Shown here: positions 58,107 through 64,000 of the stretch, piece by piece
How the letters are laid out: each line of letters opens with the position of its first letter
Numbering within the stretch: the stretch's first letter is position 1
From: an uncultured Rhodobacteraceae bacterium
GTDB taxonomy: Bacteria > Pseudomonadota > Alphaproteobacteria > Rhodobacterales > Rhodobacteraceae
DNA: 64,000 nucleotides
Reading direction: 5' to 3'
Assembly (NCBI GenBank): GCA_905182355.1
Contig: CAJJBH010000007.1
Coordinates: 32,557-96,556 of the forward strand
The notes under the pieces: generated by a model
The model's database searches: none
Seen by the model: the letters and a program-made list of their open reading frames with translations, nothing else
What the model was told of the DNA's origin: nothing
Made by a program: the position numbers and the translations under genes

Positions 58107-60869
58107 ATGTCCGATACAGTGAAGTTCACGTTAGATGGCACCGAAGTAGAGGCCAAAGCGGGTCTAAGCATATGGGAAGTGGCCAATGGCCGTGGACTGG
58201 TGATCCCTCACCTATGTCACAAACCTGCCCCGGGATATCGCCCTGATGGCAACTGTCGTGCGTGCATGGTTGAGATTGAAGGCGAACGCGTTTTGGCGGC
58301 TTCGTGTATTCGTGAACCTATCGAGGGGATGGTTGTCACAACCAATTCAGCCCGTGCTGAAAATGCACGTAAGATGGTTGTCGAGATGTTGGTAGCTGAC
58401 TTGCCAGAACGTGATGTGGCCCATGATAAGTCTGCGCATATGTGGGATATGGCCGATTTGAACGGCGTGTCTGAAAGCCGTTTTCCAAAGCATGAAGCAG
58501 GTCACATTCCTTTGTTGGATGACAGCCACGTGGCGATGTCTGTGAACTTGGATGCTTGTATTTCGTGTGGTCTGTGTGTGCGGGCGTGTCGTGAGGTTCA
58601 GGTGAACGACGTTATCGGCATGTCTGGCCGTGGCATGGACAGCTATCCGACTTTTGATATGGCTGACCCTATGGGTGAATCGTCCTGCGTAGCGTGCGGC
58701 GAATGTGTTCAAGCCTGTCCGACAGGTGCGCTTATGCCTGCTTCTGTGACGGCTGGTGATGGTGTTGGCGACAGCAAAGATTTTGACAGTGAAACGGAAA
58801 GCGTTTGCGCGTTCTGCGGCGTAGGTTGTCAAATTTCGATCAAGGTTAAAGACGGCAAGGTTAAGTATGTTGAAGGTATTAATGGTCCTGCGAACGAGGG
58901 TCGCTTGTGCGTGAAGGGCCGCTTTGGTTACGATTATATCCACCACAATGACCGTCTGACCAAACCTTTGATCCGCCGCGATGATGCGCCTGCAAAGGGT
59001 CTGAACGTTGACCCCAGCAATTGGGGTGATGTTTTCCGCGAGGCGACTTGGGATGAGGCACTGGATGTAGCAGCGAATGGCCTGAAGGGTCGTGGTCGCG
59101 AGGTTGCAGGCTTTGGATCGGCCAAATGCACGAACGAAGAAGCGTACCTGTTCCAGAAGTTCATCCGCGAAGGGTTTAAGCACAACAACGTCGATCACTG
59201 CACCCGTCTGTGCCACGCCTCCTCTGTAACCGCGCTGATTGAAAACGTGGGTTCTGGCGCTGTGACTGCGACATTTAACGAAATCGAAAATGCGGATGTG
59301 GCGATTGTGATTGGGGCAAACCCAGTTGAAAACCACCCTGTTGCGGCGACCTATTTTAAACAGTTCACCAAACGCGGCGGCAAGTTGATTGTGATGGACC
59401 CCCGTGGTGTTGGTTTGCGCCGGTATGCCACGAATATGTTGCAGTTCCGTCCAGGTGCAGATGTGAGCATGTTGAACGCAATCATGCACGTGATCGTAGA
59501 GGAAGAACTGTACGACAAGCAATATATCGAGACTTATACCGAGAATTGGGAAGCTGAAAAAGCGCACCTCAAAGATTTCTCGCCTGAAAAGATGTCGAAA
59601 ATATGTGGCATTGAACCAGACGTTTTGCGTGAAGTTGCGCGGACTTATGCAGGTGCCAATGCGGCTATGATTTTCTGGGGGATGGGCGTCAGCCAACACA
59701 TTCACGGAACGGACAATGCGCGGTGTTTGATTTCGCTGGCTTTGATGACAGGCCAAGTTGGCCGTCCGGGTTCAGGTCTGCACCCACTGCGTGGCCAGAA
59801 CAACGTGCAAGGCGCGTCTGACGCTGGGTTGGTGCCGATGTTCTTGCCTGACTACCAGTCTGTGATGGATGATGGTGTTCGCTCTGCGTTTACCGAAGTT
59901 TGGGGGTCTGGTGATTTCTCGAACGAGAAAGGCCTGACCGTGACCGAGATTATGGATGCGGTCCATGACGGTGACATCAAAGCGATGTATGTTTTGGGTG
60001 AAAATCCAGCGATGTCTGACCCTGATGTTGAACATGCCCGCGATGCGTTGGCGAAACTGGATCATTTGGTTGTGCAAGATATCTTTATCACTGAGACGGC
60101 GAACTACGCTGACGTGATTTTGCCTGCTTCCGCGCTTTATGAAAAGTCGGGCACGGTGTCGAACACTAACCGTCAAGTCCAAATGGTGCGCCCTGCAGTG
60201 ACCCCTCCGGGTCAGGCGAAAGAGGATTGGTGGATCGAGGTTGAATTGGCCAAGCGTTGTGGTTTGGATTGGAAATATACCCACCCAAGCCAAGTGTTTG
60301 ACGAGATGACAATTAACATGCGCAGCTTAGACAACATCACATGGGATCGTTTGAAGACTGAGGCGGTGACTTATCCGTCGCTAAGTCCAACGGATCCGGG
60401 CCAAGCGGTTGTGTTTGGGAATGGTTTCCCACGTGCGGATGGGCGCGCAAAATTCACGCCTGCTAGTGTAATCGCGCCAGACGATGTTCCAGATGAAGAA
60501 TACCCGATGATCCTGACCACAGGCCGTCAGCTAGAACACTGGCACACAGGGTCGATGACCCGTCGTGCTTCGGTATTGGACGGGCTAGAGCCTGAGGCAA
60601 ACTGTTCACTGCACCCTTCCACGCTGCGTAAGTTGGGCGTTGAACCAGGTGGGCATGTGCGCCTGACAACCAAACGTGGGTCCATTGTGATTATGGCGCG
60701 GATGGACCGTGCGGTGGCCCCTGACATGGTGTTCTTGCCGTTTGCCTTTGTTGAGGCGGCGGCGAACATTCTGACGAACCCTGCGGTTGATCCTTATGGG
60801 AAAATCCCGGAGTTCAAGTTTTCAGCTGTTAAAGTCGAAGCCGCACATGAAGCAATTGCTGCAGAGTAA
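58107..60869 (+). CDS. fdhF: Mo/W formate dehydrogenase alpha subunit (FdhF/FdsA-like, Cys form)
   Basis: 2Fe-2S Cys motif, two CxxCxxCxxxC motifs, CAFCGVGC, CTRLCH, LRGQNNVQG and PEFK. Confidence 0.93.
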   Translation: MSDTVKFTLDGTEVEAKAGLSIWEVANGRGLVIPHLCHKPAPGYRPDGNCRACMVEIEGERVLAASCIREPIEGMVVTTNSARAENARKMVVEMLVADLPERDVAHDKSAHMWDMADLNGVSESRFPKHEAGHIPLLDDSHVAMSVNLDACISCGLCVRACREVQVNDVIGMSGRGMDSYPTFDMADPMGESSCVACGECVQACPTGALMPASVTAGDGVGDSKDFDSETESVCAFCGVGCQISIKVKDGKVKYVEGINGPANEGRLCVKGRFGYDYIHHNDRLTKPLIRRDDAPAKGLNVDPSNWGDVFREATWDEALDVAANGLKGRGREVAGFGSAKCTNEEAYLFQKFIREGFKHNNVDHCTRLCHASSVTALIENVGSGAVTATFNEIENADVAIVIGANPVENHPVAATYFKQFTKRGGKLIVMDPRGVGLRRYATNMLQFRPGADVSMLNAIMHVIVEEELYDKQYIETYTENWEAEKAHLKDFSPEKMSKICGIEPDVLREVARTYAGANAAMIFWGMGVSQHIHGTDNARCLISLALMTGQVGRPGSGLHPLRGQNNVQGASDAGLVPMFLPDYQSVMDDGVRSAFTEVWGSGDFSNEKGLTVTEIMDAVHDGDIKAMYVLGENPAMSDPDVEHARDALAKLDHLVVQDIFITETANYADVILPASALYEKSGTVSNTNRQVQMVRPAVTPPGQAKEDWWIEVELAKRCGLDWKYTHPSQVFDEMTINMRSLDNITWDRLKTEAVTYPSLSPTDPGQAVVFGNGFPRADGRAKFTPASVIAPDDVPDEEYPMILTTGRQLEHWHTGSMTRRASVLDGLEPEANCSLHPSTLRKLGVEPGGHVRLTTKRGSIVIMARMDRAVAPDMVFLPFAFVEAAANILTNPAVDPYGKIPEFKFSAVKVEAAHEAIAAE

Positions 60870-60912
60870 CGGTGGGCAACACGCAGGCCTTACTGGGTTT
60901 TGAATTGTGAGG

Positions 60913-60943
60913 AAGGTGGGTCTTGGCCCACCTTTTTCTTTTT
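60913..60943 (+). terminator. fdhF terminator
   Basis: AAGGTGGG/CCCACCTT stem followed by a T-rich tract. Confidence 0.75.
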
Positions 60944-60962
60944 GTGAGTGCCGTATGGGTAT

Positions 60963-61190
60963 TCAGTTTCGCGCATACCCACGTTTTTGCGCGCGAATGC
61001 GGTACGTATCTGCCGCATGTGATGCCTCGCGCAAGTTGCCGTAACACGTAATTACCTCACGCGGGTTGCCGCCTTTGACCCCCCATTCACGTAGTACGGA
61101 TACTTCGGAAAACAGGTTCATAGCGATTTCTACGCGGTAGAAATGTGGGGCGGGGGCACGGCCAAGGCGATATAGGACTACATCTAGCAT
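60963..61190 (-). CDS. Stand-alone WGR-domain protein
   Basis: FYRVEI..NLF..VLREWG..G..KRGY pattern. Confidence 0.75.
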   Translation of the reverse strand: MLDVVLYRLGRAPAPHFYRVEIAMNLFSEVSVLREWGVKGGNPREVITCYGNLREASHAADTYRIRAQKRGYARN

Positions 61191-61280
61191 TGTAGTGATT
61201 CTATCAGCGTTTTCAGCAAGGTGAAGGGGGATTTTCTGATTTTTAGTGTTTTTGAACAATGAGTTTGGATTGGCCTTGGT

Positions 61281-61982
61281 TTAACTCCAACTCACCTCAC
61301 CCAGAAAGATATACCCAGCTCCATATATTGTTTTGATCAGCTGCGGATTCTTAGGGTCTTCCCGCAACTTGGTACGTAGACGTGAAATGCGCACATCCAT
61401 AGCGCGATCAAAGCTTTCGTTGGCAACACCGCCTAAAGATTCCTGCATCTGTGTCCGGCTGATGAGCCGTTTTGGACTATCTAGGAATAGGCGCAAGACC
61501 TCGCCTTCGGCATGTGAGAATGGCGTCGTTTCACCAGCGTCATCGATCAATGTGTAAGCGTCAAACTGTGCAGTCCAGCCATTGAATTTTGCTGTACGGC
61601 GCGATTGCGTGACTGGCTTATTGCTGCGCAAACGGGCGCGAACCCGTGCGACGACTTCGGCAGGGTCGAAGGGTTTGATGATGTAATCGTCAGCCCCAAG
61701 TTCAAGTCCTGTCACCCGATCCTGAACCTGTGCACGGCCCGAAATAATGATAACGGATGCCCCCTGTTCCAGCGCCAACCTATGTACGACAGTCAGTCCA
61801 TCGGTATCGGGTAGCGACAGATCAACCAGACAAACGTCTGGGGTATGTGTCTGTAACGCAGCCTCAAATTCACGTGCTCGCCCAAAACTTAGAGTGCGAA
61901 ATCCTGCATCTTCCAAAGCGTCTGCCAGCATAGTTCGAATGGCGGGTTCGTCATCAAGGATGGTTACAAGCGGCGCGGTCAT
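61281..61982 (-). CDS. OmpR-family response regulator
   Basis: LDDE, VDLSLPD, GADDYIIKPF and DVRISRLRTKL..TIYGAGY. Confidence 0.95.
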   Translation of the reverse strand: MTAPLVTILDDEPAIRTMLADALEDAGFRTLSFGRAREFEAALQTHTPDVCLVDLSLPDTDGLTVVHRLALEQGASVIIISGRAQVQDRVTGLELGADDYIIKPFDPAEVVARVRARLRSNKPVTQSRRTAKFNGWTAQFDAYTLIDDAGETTPFSHAEGEVLRLFLDSPKRLISRTQMQESLGGVANESFDRAMDVRISRLRTKLREDPKNPQLIKTIYGAGYIFLGEVSWS

Positions 61983-63886
61983 TGTGGGGCCTTTAGTTTG
62001 AGAACATTGGAAAGATCAATGGCAGTGAAGGGTTTTGCAAGGACCGTTGTGGCGGCTTGCCCCTTTTGGTGCAATGGATCATTTGGCGGCAACGACGTCA
62101 TCAGAACAATGGGTGTCTTGTTCGATCCAATACGTTTCAGCAGGTCCAGTCCCGTTCCTTCCCCATTTAATCGGATGTCGGAAAGGATCAATGCGATGTC
62201 GGGTAAATCCGCGATCAATGCTGTTGCTTCGTCTGCTGATGTTGCCTCGATCACGCTGTGGCCCATGTCGATTAGCATGTCGCGGTAAAGCGCACGCAAA
62301 TCGTCGCTATCTTCGACCAATAGCACCAGCCCACCAGTGATCTTGGGGCAGTATCGCAAGGGCAATCGCAGTCTTACAGATGCCCCGCTGTTGGGCGTGT
62401 TCTGCAATCTTAGATCGCCCCCAGCCAATTTGGTGATGTCGTAAACCATTGGCAGACCTAGGCCGGTACCTTCGCTGCCTTTCGTGGTAAAAAACGGATC
62501 ACACCCTTGTTCCAACGCATCAGGGGAAAACCCAGTGCCGGTGTCGCTGACTGTGAATTCGATCCATGTGTTGTGGACTGTTGTTGCGCTTAATGTGATT
62601 TCGCCGTTTGACCCGCAGGCGTCTTTGGCGTTCAGAATAAGGTTTAACAAGGCATCTTGGATGGCACCTTGATCCAATAAAACGGGTTCATTGGGAACCC
62701 GGTCGAAGACTGTAAACTTCACATTGTCCGGTAGCGATGGGGCTGCGAGGGTTTCAATGTCTTGTAGCAGATTGTGCAAGTCAGTTGCGCGGGGCCGTTG
62801 CACGCGTTGCGCTGTGATCTCCGCAATACTTCCCAGCAATTCGCCACCACGTTTTGCAGCGTTTAGGGTTCCATCCACAAGGGTTAGGGCTGTGTCGGGT
62901 AATCCGTCTAGCCGTGCCAGTTTGGATTGCATTCCCCAGATTATCGTAAGTAAGTTGGAGAAATCATGCGCTAAACCAGATGTCATTTGCGCTGCAAGTT
63001 CGCGTTTGCGGGTTTGTTGCAAGGCAACGCGGGCTTGCGTCTCTTGGGTTACGTCCATCGACAAGATATAAACACCATCCCGTATGTCAGGCGTAAATGC
63101 CACACGAATGCGGCGTGCGCTGTGAGCATCTGTGAATTCCATCACGGTGTTTTCGCCGGCGATGGCCGCAAGCAGTCCAGGTTTGATTTTACCGTAAACG
63201 TCAGCCCCTAAGGCATCTGATATATGCATCCCAACAATGTTGTTGGTGCGTTCTGGGATGATGGTGCTAAGTCGCCGATTGGAATAGGTGTAATGCCCCG
63301 TTTCATCGATGTGTGCGATGTGGGCTGGCATCATTTCCGTGGTTAGCCGTGTTCGTGCCTCCACCTCCGTTAGGTGGCGTTTGGTTTCGCCAAGGGCTGA
63401 AACCGTGGCGGCAAGAGCGCGGTTTGTGCTGGCCAATTCCTCGGTGTGGGCAAGAACCTGATCGGTCAACTCTTCGGACCGCGCTCGCAATAAGGTCTCT
63501 TGCTTTTTGGTGCTGGTGATATCGGTGTACACAGTGATCCACCCCCCTTGGGGCAAAGGGGACCCTTCGACTGATATGATCGTGCCATTGGCACGTGTTC
63601 GCTCCATATAATGGGGTTCAAAGGCACGCGCCATTTCAGTGCGTTCTGTAACAAATGCTTCAAGATTGTCGACTTCGCCATATTCACCCTGCAACGCGAG
63701 GTGGCGGATTGTGTCTTCAAACGGGGCCCCCAGCGCCACAAGGTGATCAGGTAGCGCAAACATATCTTGGAACGGCGCATTACAGACAGCCAATCGCAAG
63801 TCACTGTCAAAAATTGTGAGGGCCTGACCGATAAGGTTCAGACCCGCAGCGGTTAAAGCGTGTGTGGCATCGCGGCTGAGCGGCAC
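61979..63886 (-). CDS. Cytoplasmic PAS hybrid sensor histidine kinase
   Basis: PAS domains, AHDFSNLL H-box, NAKDA, FFTTK, GTGLGL and a C-terminal receiver domain. Confidence 0.93.
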   Translation of the reverse strand: MPLSRDATHALTAAGLNLIGQALTIFDSDLRLAVCNAPFQDMFALPDHLVALGAPFEDTIRHLALQGEYGEVDNLEAFVTERTEMARAFEPHYMERTRANGTIISVEGSPLPQGGWITVYTDITSTKKQETLLRARSEELTDQVLAHTEELASTNRALAATVSALGETKRHLTEVEARTRLTTEMMPAHIAHIDETGHYTYSNRRLSTIIPERTNNIVGMHISDALGADVYGKIKPGLLAAIAGENTVMEFTDAHSARRIRVAFTPDIRDGVYILSMDVTQETQARVALQQTRKRELAAQMTSGLAHDFSNLLTIIWGMQSKLARLDGLPDTALTLVDGTLNAAKRGGELLGSIAEITAQRVQRPRATDLHNLLQDIETLAAPSLPDNVKFTVFDRVPNEPVLLDQGAIQDALLNLILNAKDACGSNGEITLSATTVHNTWIEFTVSDTGTGFSPDALEQGCDPFFTTKGSEGTGLGLPMVYDITKLAGGDLRLQNTPNSGASVRLRLPLRYCPKITGGLVLLVEDSDDLRALYRDMLIDMGHSVIEATSADEATALIADLPDIALILSDIRLNGEGTGLDLLKRIGSNKTPIVLMTSLPPNDPLHQKGQAATTVLAKPFTAIDLSNVLKLKAPQ

Positions 63887-64000
63887 GTTAGTGTCCCTTT
63901 ATCTTATGGGTATGGGCACTGTGCGTGGGGCATAGGGACAGTACAAGCGTTCATCTGACCTTGTTACAATTCGTTATATTTTAGAAACCTTCAGGAAAAA

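Noticed and set aside
59190-59220. Selenocysteine recoding in formate dehydrogenase
   Set aside because: The active site is Cys (TGC) in an uninterrupted frame
58347-59756. 469-aa antisense ORF inside fdhF, and similar ones at 9171-10157 and 21384-22196
   Set aside because: Shadow frames of well-supported genes, with no recognisable motifs

Overview
Chromosomal window from an alphaproteobacterium, most likely Rhodobacteraceae/Roseobacter group, judged from gene content and order. From left to right: (1) a methylated-compound/one-carbon catabolic cluster with an XRE-cupin regulator, GFA, two GcvT-family flavoprotein dehydrogenases, a homocysteine S-methyltransferase and a GlxA regulator; (2) RNA-modification and ribosomal genes (rluA-like, rsmJ, rpsU), an aldehyde dehydrogenase and a 1-Cys peroxiredoxin; (3) a three-gene GT11/FkbM/GT25 glycan module; (4) the rbfA-truB-rpsO-pnp region, interrupted by accessory genes; (5) dapB, rsmB, a heparinase-like gene, purH, lspA, DUF3035 and an M16 peptidase pair; (6) a deoC/ALDH16/NCS2/aminotransferase block; (7) mutL-rmuC; (8) rpoE-chrR with the divergent furan-fatty-acid-type operon; (9) saccharopine dehydrogenase, GST and a phosphatase; (10) a stand-alone formate dehydrogenase alpha subunit, a WGR protein and a two-component pair. 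I saw no rRNA, tRNA, CRISPR array, integrase or transposase. Signals read directly from the DNA that the ORF track does not show: three frameshifted pseudogenes (SRPBCC membrane protein, CreC-like kinase, ada) plus a probable fourth relic; twin TGAAA-N13-TTTCA operators; twin TGTACA-N16-TGTACA palindromes; an interspersed palindromic repeat family; and back-to-back sigmaE promoters. I cannot demonstrate a wholly new system from sequence alone. The best candidates are the regulated N-demethylation cluster, the GT11-FkbM-GT25 module and the deoC-ALDH16-permease-aminotransferase block. All family assignments come from motif recognition, not from database searches.
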